NCBI GenBank assembly: GCA_963745235.1
Contig: CAVUXE010000099.1
Span: 1 to 64,000 of the forward strand
Length of the DNA stretch: 64,000 bases
Direction of reading: 5' to 3'
Origin: an uncultured Spirochaetota bacterium
Lineage (GTDB): Bacteria > Spirochaetota > Spirochaetia > SZUA-6 > Fen-1364
Shown here: piece by piece, positions 42,631 through 51,749 of the stretch
How the letters are laid out: each line of letters opens with the position of its first letter
How positions within the stretch are numbered: the stretch's first letter is position 1
Notes under the pieces: model-generated
What the model saw: the letters and a program-made list of their open reading frames with translations, nothing else
The model's database searches: none
Told to the model about the DNA's origin: nothing
Translations under genes and position numbers: made by a program

Positions 42631-45224
42631 TCACCGGGGCTGGAGAGTCAGCCGCTCGGGCCCGGAAGACTCCAGGGCCGCAAAGTCCCACAGGGTGGGA
42701 TGGTATTTCACGGTTGCGCCAGGAATCGATCATGTCATCGTAGTGCCTGTTGCCTGGGTGGCCGCTCTGCCCGGTCGTGTGAATGGTCACGGACTTCGAC
42801 AGGTCTGAAAGATCAATGACCTGCCTCATGGAAGAAACATTCGCCACCTTGAAGGGATCACTTGCCTTCCAATCCGTGCAGAAGACCTGCTGGAAACCAG
42901 CGGCAACGGGAAAGGGCCCCCGGTTGAAAATGCGCTCGATGAGAGGGATTCCCGAGCTCCCGAAGGTCTGATTGCGAAACTCCGCGGTGTGCTCCTTGCC
43001 CCATCGCCATTTTCCCATGTCGGGGCCCTGGGCCTTCGTGCCCATCTTGACCGCTTTCTCCAGCGCCAGCGCGAGGATGTCGTCACGAGTCTCCCGCACA
43101 TTCGGCGTCGCCCGCTGGTCCCACAAGGGGTGGTGGGGGTCCTTGAGCATCATGGAGATTGCGTTCAACTGCCGCGAGTTGTCCTCCAGGACAGCTTCGG
43201 GAACCCACAGAGACTGCGGGATGTTGTCCTTGAAGGTTTTCTCCAACAGGGATTGCCAGAAGTAGGCGTAGACGGCTGCCCCGGCGCTCTGCGTGTCCAT
43301 CCTGTCATTCCAGGCAGTGAGAATGTCCCTGGCTCTCCCTTCGGCACCGGTGAGAGGAAGCCCTTTCAAGTAGGGGATGATTTCCCGGGCAAAGATGTTC
43401 AGCGTATCACCCTGCATGGCCTCCACGTCACCGACCGTTATTTTCGCCTGCGCGCTGGTTATCATGTCGACGATGCGCCGGGCGCGGTAGCCGTAGTCGA
43501 AATCCCGACCTATGAAATACCGGTACGAGGTCGTTGTCACCGGATTATTCGCGGAGGCAACATAACCCTTGGGGGGGTTGTAGGACCAGGGAAGGTCTTC
43601 GAACGGAATGAACCCGGTCCATTCGTAGTCATCAACCCAGCCGGGGGATGGTACGGAGCCGTCCCCTTTTGCCCGGATGGGAACGAGGCCCGGCATCTGG
43701 TAGCCGATGTTTCCGTCAACGTCGGCATATATGAAGTTTTGCGATGGGATGTCCCATAACCGCAGGGCGTCGCGAAACTCCTGGAAGTTCCGCGCCTGGT
43801 CGAGCTTGACCGCGGATTCAAACGTCCTGTTCGGCATGAAGGCCGTCCACTTCAGAGACAGGGCTGAGAGGGAAAGGTTCATGGGGAACTCGCCGTGCGG
43901 ATTGATCGCGAACCCCCGGTATCCCGCGTACGCGCCCTGGTCGGTGATGATGGGGCCGTGGCGGGTCTCACGCGCCAGCAGGATGAACGGCTCATCCCGT
44001 GCGGAACACCTTGATCTCCTCCCGATGGACCTTCATGTCCACCCAGCGGCCGTTGACCTCGTACTGGTCAGGGTTCTGCGGGTTGACGTGCTCGATGTAG
44101 AGCTGCTGCACGTCCGGGTTCGTGTTCGTGACCCCCCAGGCGATCCTGTCGTTATGCCCAATGATGACTCCCGGGTCGCCGGGAAAGGAGAAGCCGCGAA
44201 GATGGAAGGGCCCGCCGGCCGGCTTTCCCATCTGGGCCTCGGGGGCGGAGCAGTACAAGTCCACCTCGTACCAGATGGAGGGCATCTGGATGCCAAGGTG
44301 CGGATCGTTGGCCAGGATTGGCTTGCCGGTGGCGGTGCGGGATCCGGCAATCACCCAGTCGTTGGAGCCGATTCCCGGCCCCGTGCCGAACGCCAGGCTG
44401 CTCCAGGGATCGAAACCACCGACAAGGCGCGTCGATACACCCTTCAACGCGGCCAACTCCGAGAGGTCAGGGGAGAACACGGAGCCGGCCTGGACGCCCA
44501 CTGTCTTTTTCAGCAAAGCCGCCGGCAGCTCGTCGTTCGGCACAATGACCGGCATGCGGTCATAGCGGTAGTCCGCCAGGAAATCCCGGGTCTTCTCGAT
44601 GCCCAGGGACTGTATCAAGTCAACGGTGTACAGCTCCTTTCGCAGGTTAGCGCCGAGGTCAAGCGCCATCAGCTTCAGCCATGTGAGGGAGTTCGCGGGC
44701 TTCCAAGGCTCAACCCTTATAGGAACGCCCTGGAGCCGAAGAAGTGCAAACTCGAGGCCCAGCTGTCGAGGCTTCTTGCCGGCAATGTACGTGTTGACCC
44801 CATCAGCGTAGGCCTGAAGGATGCTCCTGTCCGCCTGGTCCATGGCCGCGTAATCAGCTTCGGCGGCCCGTAAGAAGCCCGCTGTGCGGATGAAAATATC
44901 GACGCCAAGAGTTTTCGCGCCGAAGAGCTCAGAGAGCCTGCCGGACCCGATCCTGCGCCAGAACTCCATCTGCCAGAACCTGTCCTGCGCGGCAACGAAA
45001 CCCTGCGCAAAATACAGGTCGTGCATGTTCGCCGCCCGTATGTGCGGAACGCCGTACCTGTCCCTGAGCACCTGCACGGGGGCCTGCAGCCCCTTCATGG
45101 CAATTGTGCCGCGGGTCTGGGGAAAGGAGCTGCGAAAGAGCCAGGTGACCGCGCCCCCGGAAACAAGAAGCAGAAGGACGATAACGCCGACGATGATGAG
45201 GAGATTTCTAACGATTCTGCTCAT
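42631..45224 (-). CDS. Penicillin acylase family Ntn-hydrolase (peptidase S45), membrane anchored; frameshifts ~44000 and ~42710
   Basis: RDRYGVPHI, AQDRFWQM, GSNDWV (N-terminal nucleophile Ser), ANDPHL, QNFIYAD..GNIGY, SANN, GQSGHP..HYDD. Confidence 0.88.
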
Positions 45225-45231
45225 GCCTGCC

Positions 45232-45260
45232 TTGATAGCTCCCGGGAGGGTCGCAGTCAA
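45232..45260 (-). promoter_or_regulatory. Sigma70-type promoter, leaderless acylase transcript
   Basis: TTGACT, 17 nt, TATCAA, 7 nt, ATG (45224). Confidence 0.5.
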
Positions 45261-45374
45261 GGGCCAGCGGCTCGGACCGCGCTTCGTTTCAGCCCTCCGT
45301 GGTTGCGAGCCAAAGCGATTGGATGACAGTTTCCCACATAAGGAATAACATCATGAGTCCGGAGGAGGCGCCTC

Positions 45375-45773
45375 ATGAGTACCTTCAGTCTGCTCAAGGT
45401 TCGGACCAGCAAAGCCAACCCTGTCGATCCCTCGTCAGCTGACCCCGCTGACACAACGACAATCAGCGCCTTTCTGACCACGCAATCCCTTGCGAACTTC
45501 GCCGCGATGACCGGTGCAATCGGTGCAGCCTGGTATGCGCTGACCAGACTGTCTGCCTTTTTCTCCGGGATCTGGGTGCCATACGCCTTTGCCGGTCTTT
45601 TCGTCATCGTTTCGATCCTGATTTCGCTGGACAGCCTGAAGAACAGCTCCGCGAAATTGGATCTGGGCAAAGTGGTCCCCGCGGTTTTTGTAGGCATCAT
45701 AAACGGGTTGGTTCTTGCAAGCGCCGTGGTGGGTGCCAGCAGTCTCGCCACTGGCAACGCAGTTGGGAGGTAG
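45375..45773 (+). CDS. Small membrane hypothetical protein (3 TM)
   Basis: SD GGAGGAGG; FLTTQSLANF motif; hydrophobic segments. Confidence 0.55.
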   Translation: MSTFSLLKVRTSKANPVDPSSADPADTTTISAFLTTQSLANFAAMTGAIGAAWYALTRLSAFFSGIWVPYAFAGLFVIVSILISLDSLKNSSAKLDLGKVVPAVFVGIINGLVLASAVVGASSLATGNAVGR

Positions 45774-45800
45774 GTGGCTCTCAGCCGGGCAGGAAGTCTC

Positions 45801-46028
45801 TCAGCTCACGTCCCAGAAAATGCGCATAACCACGACAGAGAGGCCTCCAGCGAGCACGGCCGCGAGAATAGAAAGGAGAATGCCCTCCCCGGGGGCGAGC
45901 CGGAGGTGAAGTGTCGACAAGATGCCGTCAGCCAGGACACCGACGAAAAGCGCCACGACGATTCCGTTCGTGAGGGCGCGGGCGCCGGCCATCTGGGGGC
46001 GCCTCTTGTGCGGACCTTGTACTTTCAT
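45801..46028 (-). CDS. Small 2-TM hypothetical protein
   Basis: Two hydrophobic helices; follows the peptide gene on the same strand. Confidence 0.4.
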   Translation of the reverse strand: MKVQGPHKRRPQMAGARALTNGIVVALFVGVLADGILSTLHLRLAPGEGILLSILAAVLAGGLSVVVMRIFWDVS

Positions 46029-46136
46029 AATGATGACATCGCGCGAGCTACCTGCCGACGCTGTCCGTTGCGCCGGCGGGTCCGCTGGGTCGGTTCCGCG
46101 TCTTGAGAAGCGATTCTGTCTGGTTGTCCGTCTATG

Positions 46137-46265
46137 CTACAGCGGTGGATTCTGCTGATCCTGCGGAGGAGGATCGTAGGGGCATGCACTTGCGCTGGCC
46201 GCGGCGGCGAACGTAAGCACAACCGCAAGGGCAAAAGCCAGAAGCCATCTATTGATTCGGGACAT
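46137..46265 (-). CDS. 42-aa secreted peptide precursor
   Basis: SD GGGAGG; MSRINRWLLAFALAVVLTFAAAASASA-CPYDPPPQDQQNPPL (signal peptide plus 15-aa mature part). Confidence 0.55.
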   Translation of the reverse strand: MSRINRWLLAFALAVVLTFAAAASASACPYDPPPQDQQNPPL

Positions 46266-46342
46266 ATGAGCCTCCCGTGAAGAATGCCTGTGAGAAAGGT
46301 AAGACCGCAAGGGTCGGAAGTCAAATGCCGCGGACGGGTCGT

Positions 46343-47488
46343 TTAGAACAAGAGGCCGAACCCGCCTCCCAGAACTGCCTTTTCGCCGCTTATTGTCTGG
46401 CCGACAAGGGGAAAGGCAACGTACAGTGTCAGTGTGACAAACTGAGCGACGCCAGCGAAGATTCCGCCTCCTGCTGAAAGGAGACATCCGGCAGGCGTGT
46501 TTGTCGGATCCTCGAAGTATCCGTTGTAGTATTCCGAGTCAAAAAAGCCGTAGCAACCCGGAACGAAGTCGCCGCACTGGCAGGATGCACGGATTTCGAA
46601 GTTGTTGAGAGCCTTGAAATCAGCACCATAGGATCCCGTTTCGAACCCGCGGACCGTGGAGGCCTCGCTCGTTCGCGGGTACCGTCCTCCGATGCTTTCG
46701 AAAACGTAGATGGGTATGGAGCTTCCGCCCGCGTAATCCACCGAAGCATAGTCAGCGAGGTACAGGCTCGGGCCCTCAGAAGACAGCCCGCATATTGTCC
46801 TGAAAGCTTCTGCTGTCGCATTCAAGCGATAGTAGTCGACTTCGCCGTCGCCGTTGAAAGGCCCGCGCGGCCCATATTCCAACGACGCCTCAACGTACAG
46901 ACCGTCTTGCGCTGGCCCGCTCCCTCTTTTCTCAAGGCAATTGTAATCAGCGCCAAAGAGAGCAGCGTTGCTCATGATTTCGACGCGGTCCGGAAAGGCG
47001 GATTGGAAAACAAGCGGCACGGGAGTACCCGGAGTCTGAAAATTGCGATCGAAATGCAGTCTGTAGAATGCAAACAGTTCCAGGAGATTGCCTGTTTCTG
47101 ACTTGTTCTTGGCGATGCCCAGACGGGCGCCGATATCAGTCCAGAACTCTTCCTGATCGAACGTTGTCGGTGCAACGCTCGAACCGCTGTACGGGCTGCC
47201 GTCGGGGTTTCGGTAGAAATAGTTCAGTTGCCATCCCGCTCCTGCGTCCAGCTCCAAAATGAGATCGGGTTTTGTGGTTTGCTGATGGTCCACGTACGTG
47301 GGATCGAACAAGATGTTCACGCTTATGCCGGAAGGGGGAAGCGGGAAAAAACCACCGATGAGGTACGTGTAAGGGCTCACGTTGGCAAGTGTCAAACAGT
47401 CAGTTGGAGTCGTTGGTTGACCCCATCCTGCGCAAGAGCATACAAAAAACATGAGGGCGGGCAGAACCGTGACCATCACGCTTTTCAT
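46343..47488 (-). CDS. Omp85/BamA-TamA-like beta-barrel without recognisable POTRA domains
   Basis: SD AAGGAGG, signal peptide, STVRGF loop-6-like motif, NNFEIR, GFFD, C-terminal Phe (GFGLLF). Confidence 0.62.
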   Translation of the reverse strand: MKSVMVTVLPALMFFVCSCAGWGQPTTPTDCLTLANVSPYTYLIGGFFPLPPSGISVNILFDPTYVDHQQTTKPDLILELDAGAGWQLNYFYRNPDGSPYSGSSVAPTTFDQEEFWTDIGARLGIAKNKSETGNLLELFAFYRLHFDRNFQTPGTPVPLVFQSAFPDRVEIMSNAALFGADYNCLEKRGSGPAQDGLYVEASLEYGPRGPFNGDGEVDYYRLNATAEAFRTICGLSSEGPSLYLADYASVDYAGGSSIPIYVFESIGGRYPRTSEASTVRGFETGSYGADFKALNNFEIRASCQCGDFVPGCYGFFDSEYYNGYFEDPTNTPAGCLLSAGGGIFAGVAQFVTLTLYVAFPLVGQTISGEKAVLGGGFGLLF

Positions 47489-47557
47489 CCGCGGCTCCTC
47501 CTTGTTTGACGGTAGTGCGGTCAAGGTCTCAAGTCAATGGAACTCTTTCACCTGAAT

Positions 47558-47580
47558 AAAAAAGCCTGCAAGACGCAGGC
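47558..47580 (-). terminator. Intrinsic terminator (probably the original ssrA terminator, displaced)
   Basis: Minus GCCTGC-GTCTT-GCAGGC-TTTTTT, directly after the duplicated tmRNA 3' end. Confidence 0.65.
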
Positions 47581-47589
47581 GTTCTTGAA

Positions 47590-47603
47590 ATGGAGGTGGC
47601 GGG
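47590..47603 (-). repeat. att-like direct repeat: duplicate of tmRNA 3' end
   Basis: ATGGAGGTGGCGGG identical at 47590-47603 and 50831-50844. Confidence 0.72.
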
Positions 47604-47651
47604 CGACGCACTCTCGCCACCTCTGAAACTGCACGCGGCCGCGGGGTGCCC

Positions 47652-48152
47652 CTATGACTGCTTGTTTACAAAGTCCGAAATACTGTTCAGGAGCACTTTC
47701 GCATTTTTGTCTCCAGCTTTTTGCAGAATAACGTACTGCTGAACCGCCTTCGCGAGATTGCCGTCCTGCAGAAAGGCTTCCCCGAGATATTCCCGCGCCT
47801 CGGGGAAATTCGGCTTCAGCTTCAGCGCGGCATCATAATAGTCGAACGACTTTTTAACGTCCCCCAATCTTCGCGAGCAGTAGCCCAGCATGTTATACGC
47901 TTCGGCATAGTCGCTTTTCAAAGATATAGCGGTTTTGAAATCCTGGATCGCCTCATCGAAGTGCCCTTTATCCGAGGCGTTGTATCCTACATTGTACCAA
48001 TCCTGCGCGGTCGTCGGCTTCGCCGGCACTGAGACGGTCCCCGAGCTACTCCCGTATCCGCCTCCGCCACCACCTCCTCCTCCCCCTGAGCCTGCCGCGA
48101 ATGCCGAGGTCGCGGCGAACAGCGAGATTATTAAAACGACGGATCGCTTCAT
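47652..48152 (-). CDS. Exported TPR protein with poly-Gly linker
   Basis: Signal peptide, poly-Gly tract, AEAYNMLG, EAREYLGEA TPR motifs; SD GGAGGT. Confidence 0.8.
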   Translation of the reverse strand: MKRSVVLIISLFAATSAFAAGSGGGGGGGGGGYGSSSGTVSVPAKPTTAQDWYNVGYNASDKGHFDEAIQDFKTAISLKSDYAEAYNMLGYCSRRLGDVKKSFDYYDAALKLKPNFPEAREYLGEAFLQDGNLAKAVQQYVILQKAGDKNAKVLLNSISDFVNKQS

Positions 48153-48347
48153 GTCGCCTTACCTCCCCAGTCTAATATAATAAAGGGCAGCAGAAGCGGA
48201 AGTGGCCCCTAATCCCAGTTGATGTCGAGTGCCGCGCGGCGATTCCGGATTTGCTCTGCGGTCAGAGGATGCCTCCACAAGCACCCGCGCATTTTCGGAG
48301 GAGGGGATTGAAAGAAAACAGCAAACCCATATCATCAGAAAGTGTCT

Positions 48348-48497
48348 ATGGACAGACATACGAAGAGTGACCTGAAAGAAGTGGTCCGTTTCTTGATCTT
48401 GCTGGCAGTGGTCTTTGTGGTACTCGCTATCATGGCTTTTGTCCTTGGGTTCATCTGGTCGAAAGTGCCAGTTCCAAAAATAGACAGCGGAGAATAA
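48348..48497 (+). CDS. 49-aa single-TM small protein (below ORF-track cutoff)
   Basis: MDRHTKSDLKEVVRFLILLAVVFVVLAIMAFVLGFIWSKVPVPKIDSGE, read manually. Confidence 0.4.
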   Translation: MDRHTKSDLKEVVRFLILLAVVFVVLAIMAFVLGFIWSKVPVPKIDSGE

Positions 48498-48667
48498 CCT
48501 TGGGGCGACTTCTCAAAAAGGCACGGAGGCATGGCTTCGCACACGCTGAAGGGAAATCGTCAGCATGGCAACCTCCCTTCATGGCGTCCAATGGAACCAT
48601 ATCTGTCAAGATAAGGCAGCATTCGTTTGAATGGCGCGACTATCTGCAAAGCTGGTAGACAAGTAGG

Positions 48668-48994
48668 TCACGGGCATGCGCCCTGCGCGCTGGACTTGGC
48701 CCGAGCCGCCGGGATCGCGGGGAAGTCTACAGTCCTCCCGACAAAGCTCAGAATGTGATCCAATTTTGCGAGACCAATATTCTCCGCCTCCCCGGCTCGA
48801 ATGCTTTGAATGGTAGCCGCGGAAACTTTTGCGCATTTCGCGAGCTGTCTTACCGAAAGTCCGTGCTTTTTCATTTCATCAGCGAGGATATCGCTGAGCA
48901 GGTATTCACGAACCTTGGCATCAATTCGCCTGCGCACCTCTGGATCTTTGGCACGCTCAAAGGGACTGATGCGCTCCTTGGTCTTTTTCGGCAT
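48668..48994 (-). CDS. Xre/HTH antitoxin (HigA-like)
   Basis: GLSVRQLAKCAKVSAATIQSIRAG..L.KLDHIL; overlaps toxin 3' end. Confidence 0.75.
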   Translation of the reverse strand: MPKKTKERISPFERAKDPEVRRRIDAKVREYLLSDILADEMKKHGLSVRQLAKCAKVSAATIQSIRAGEAENIGLAKLDHILSFVGRTVDFPAIPAARAKSSAQGACP

Positions 48995-49388
48995 AGTATA
49001 ACCCCTTAGTATTTCGCAAAAAGTAATCGGCGCGATATTCTTTCGCCCTTCTCCTTTCTTTGGGCGGTAACTTATCGCGCTTCTTCTTGAAACCGTGAGT
49101 TAGAATCACGGTTTTCCCTTCCGCATAAAACCACAACAATCGATGTGGCGTGGGCTTGAAAGCAAAGATTTCCTCCCCTTCGTCTCTGACCTTTTGCTCG
49201 TTTAGTGGTTTGCCTTCTCTTTGACGGGTCGCAAAATACTCGAACAAAGCCGTAAGGTCATCTTTTTCTGCCTCATTCAGGCTTTCTTCATAATATTCGC
49301 GCGCCGGGCTGTCACCTCCTTCGTCGAAATACCATTCAAAACGCCAGTCCTCGAACTTATGAGCGAAGCATTCTCTACGGCTAACCAT
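48957..49388 (-). CDS. RelE/ParE-superfamily toxin (HigB/Gp49-like), toxin-first arrangement
   Basis: SPAREYY, EIFAFKP.PHRLLWF..KTVILTHGFKKK.DKLP.KE..A. Confidence 0.8.
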   Translation of the reverse strand: MVSRRECFAHKFEDWRFEWYFDEGGDSPAREYYEESLNEAEKDDLTALFEYFATRQREGKPLNEQKVRDEGEEIFAFKPTPHRLLWFYAEGKTVILTHGFKKKRDKLPPKERRRAKEYRADYFLRNTKGLYYAEKDQGAHQSL

Positions 49389-49409
49389 GATAGTGAACTT
49401 CTTGAATGA

Positions 49410-49438
49410 AATGTACCAGAATATTAGTACAGTGTCAA
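49410..49438 (-). promoter_or_regulatory. Promoter/operator of higBA-like pair
   Basis: TTGACA (49438-49433), 17 nt, TACATT (49415-49410); TGTAC-N10-GTACA inverted repeat across spacer and -10. Confidence 0.65.
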
Positions 49439-49680
49439 CCGTCCCTCTTTTGTTTCCGTAAAGGTCGCCACAAGGGCGTTTTGCGCGTCTGCCCCGTCCT
49501 GCATGTATTCGAGGGAAAACGCCGAATAGTGTCCTGCCATTTTCGCCGTTTTGTGGCCGTGATTTCCTGCACCACTTCCCCGGCAGCCCCGCGGCCCCTG
49601 GAAATAGGCGTTCGCAAAAATACGCCACGAGTGGAATGTGGTGTTCCTCTCGACGCGTCGAGCCTCATCGATGCCAATCT

Positions 49681-49761
49681 TTCGGCATGGTCGCTCTTCA
49701 AAGAAATGGCAGTTTTGAAATCCTGGATCGCCTCGTCGAGATGCCCTCTATCCGAGGCGCT
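49681..49761 (-). pseudogene. Fragment of a paralogue of the 47652-48152 TPR gene
   Basis: About 81 nt aligns with 47901-47981 with about 10 mismatches (ASDRGHLDEAIQDFKTAISLKSDHAE vs ASDKGHFDEAIQDFKTAISLKSDYAE). Confidence 0.75.
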
Positions 49762-50006
49762 TACGCGGCGGAACACTTTGCGCAACCTGTGGGACGGCAA
49801 CACCCGCGGCCAACTGCTTCAGAGCAAGGGCACGCAAGACGACGCGCACCTGCTGGACCCCGCCTCGCAGTAAGGATCGAATTTCAGCCAAATCCTTTGC
49901 TTTTAGACGAACAGGGATGGGTTGACGTGCCATGGGCACAACATAGCCTGAGAGATCCGCATAAGGAAGTCTCCATAGGAAACATTTCAGGCGGTCGAGG
50001 AAGTAG
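49762..50006 (-). mobile_element. IS630-family transposase 5' remnant (HTH N-terminus and possible left end)
   Basis: MARQPIPVRLKAKDLAEIRSLLRGG.QQVRVVLRALAL..L..G..V.QVAQ resembles IS630 N-terminal HTH; truncated. Confidence 0.5.
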
Positions 50007-50041
50007 CACAAAAAAAAGAGTCTCCGCAGAGGGGCTTCGGC

Positions 50042-50248
50042 TCACTTGGTCTTCTTTGTCCGCGAAGTGAGATCCTTCGGATGCTGCATGTCTGCGACTG
50101 AATCCCTGAGCACCGCAAGCTGCTCAATCACTCCGTCGATCAGACTCTTCAACGCTTGCCGAGTTTTCGGCTTCAATTCCGTTGCTAGCTCGATGAACCG
50201 CTTATGTGACAAGTCCCTCAGCGCCTGGATCGGGTCTACCTCTGACAT
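50042..50248 (-). CDS. Hypothetical 68-aa protein
   Basis: SD GAGGAGG before MSEVDPIQAL; helical, charged. Confidence 0.4.
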   Translation of the reverse strand: MSEVDPIQALRDLSHKRFIELATELKPKTRQALKSLIDGVIEQLAVLRDSVADMQHPKDLTSRTKKTK

Positions 50249-50504
50249 GGGCTCCTCCTCTTGGTCGAAGCCTGCACCCATGCAAGTGAGCTGTCAACCC
50301 ATTCCTGCGCCCTCGGTAAACACGTTTGGCGCATGAGATGTATCTTCGTCGGCATACCATTCTCCGAAGCGATCATCCGTGAAGTCTGGCGCCGCGGCGG
50401 CAGCCGCGCACGCCTTAGGCCGGTTTCATGAAACGTATTTTCGAAGATCGCTTGCCCCATCAGCGGTCATCATCGTCTTCCGACTGCTCCCGAGCTATAC
50501 AATC

Positions 50505-50580
50505 TAAGGTTCTCGTCGCCGGCGCGGACATCAACGCCAAGGACAAAGACGGCGTGACCCCGCTGATGGTTGCAGCGGGG
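50505..50580 (+). pseudogene. Ankyrin-repeat fragment
   Basis: LVAGADINAKDKDGVTPLMVAA, one canonical ankyrin repeat with no surrounding gene. Confidence 0.6.
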
Positions 50581-50749
50581 CCTGTAGCTTGCGACAGTGC
50601 GCGCGGGCCGCGCTCGGCGTGGTCATTCCCGTGTTTCGGGCTGTAATACGCCTGCCGTCCTCGTCTCGGGCCTGGTGGTAGCACACCACTTTGCCCGAAG
50701 GCATCCCGCGGGGAAAGATTGTGAAAGGCTCGTGAAAACGCTCACTCAT
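50580..50749 (-). pseudogene. N-terminal remnant of a spirochaete-type tyrosine integrase
   Basis: EPFTIFPR..SGKVV.Y.QARDEDGRR.TAR.TG.TT.SAARA.C resembles N-termini I recognise from spirochaete integrases; lies next to the att site; no catalytic domain. Confidence 0.5.
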
Positions 50750-50831
50750 AGAGCGATCTGCTCGCACTGTTGCTGACAATGACCAATTTTCAATTCAGCT
50801 GACTCCTTGCAGCGAGACGACATAGAACGTA

Positions 50832-51178
50832 TGGAGGTGGCGGGAGTCGAACCCGCGTCCTGGAGTGTTGACCAAGAACCTCTACAGGTTTATCCGCCCG
50901 TTAGAACTCGGCGAGAGGTTTGGGAGGCGGCGTCCCGCTTCCCGCCAAAGCCGGCTTTAGTGTCCCCAGGCGCCCGCTGGCATGCGCTCGGGTAAGCCCC
51001 GGTTTGTTACAGGCACCTCCGGATGTTCGGGACCACGCTCCAGAGACCCGTGGCCGCAATTAAGCAGCCAGTGCGAAATCTGCGTTATTGGCAGTTGTGT
51101 TTTTGCCATTTTTAGGAGACTGGCGCTCCACCTGCAGCCCATGGCCGAACCGACCCCAGTCGAGACCGTTGCACCCCC
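50832..51178 (-). ncRNA. ssrA: tmRNA; tag (A)ANNADFALAA at 51092-51060
   Basis: 5' GGGGGTGCAACGGTCTCGAC; 3' GGACGCGGGTTCGACTCCCGCCACCTCCA; tag ORF ending LAA-TAA; adjacent to smpB. Confidence 0.95.
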
Positions 51179-51269
51179 GTAGCAATTGCGCGAAGGCGCA
51201 AGTTGCGAAGCCCTTTCAGCCGGCCGCGCAGCGGACGGCGGAAGGGCAGCCGGACACGGAGAAAGCGCG

Positions 51270-51734
51270 CTACTTCACCCTGTACTCGCGCTCGATCTCT
51301 CTCTTCTGATCTCTCTTCCTGATGTCGTCTCGCTTGTCAAAGAGCTTTTTCCCTTTTGCGATGCCAAGCTCGCACTTTACCATCCCACGTTTAAGGTAGA
51401 CCTTCAGTGGAACAAGGGTCAAGCCTTTCTCATCCGTGACTCGCGCGAGTCTCTTGATCTCCTTGCGATGAACGAGGAGCTTCCTCCGTCGAAGCGGATC
51501 GTGGTTGACCCGGTTGCCGAAAGCGTACGGCGTCACGTGGAAGGCAAGGAGCCATAGCTCGCCCTTTTCGACCAGGGCGTAGGAGTCCGCGAAGGAGAAC
51601 CTGCCCTCCTTGATGGACTTGACCTCCGTGCCCACCAGGGAGATCCCGCACTCGAAGGATTCCTGGATTGCATAGTTGAACCTCGCCTTCCTGTTGAACG
51701 CGAGGACCTTGATGCCTTGGTCAGTCTTTGCCAT
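51270..51734 (-). CDS. smpB: SsrA-binding protein
   Basis: NRKARFNY, GISLVGTEVKS, RKLLVHRKEI, KGKKLFDKR. Confidence 0.97.
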   Translation of the reverse strand: MAKTDQGIKVLAFNRKARFNYAIQESFECGISLVGTEVKSIKEGRFSFADSYALVEKGELWLLAFHVTPYAFGNRVNHDPLRRRKLLVHRKEIKRLARVTDEKGLTLVPLKVYLKRGMVKCELGIAKGKKLFDKRDDIRKRDQKREIEREYRVK

Positions 51735-51749
51735 GCAAGCCCCTGGCAG

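Larger units (their letters stand above)
47590..50844. mobile_element. Decayed ssrA-integrated genomic island (about 3.2 kb)
   Basis: 14-bp flanking repeats, integrase N-terminal remnant beside the tmRNA, TA pair, IS fragment, visibly lower GC than flanks. Confidence 0.65.

Noticed and set aside
49649-49662. Perfect 14-bp palindrome CTCGACGCGTCGAG
   Set aside because: Single occurrence in decayed DNA with no supporting context.
47901-49761. 81-nt near-repeat as DGR template/variable repeat
   Set aside because: Differences are not adenine-specific and are mostly synonymous; no DGR-type RT.
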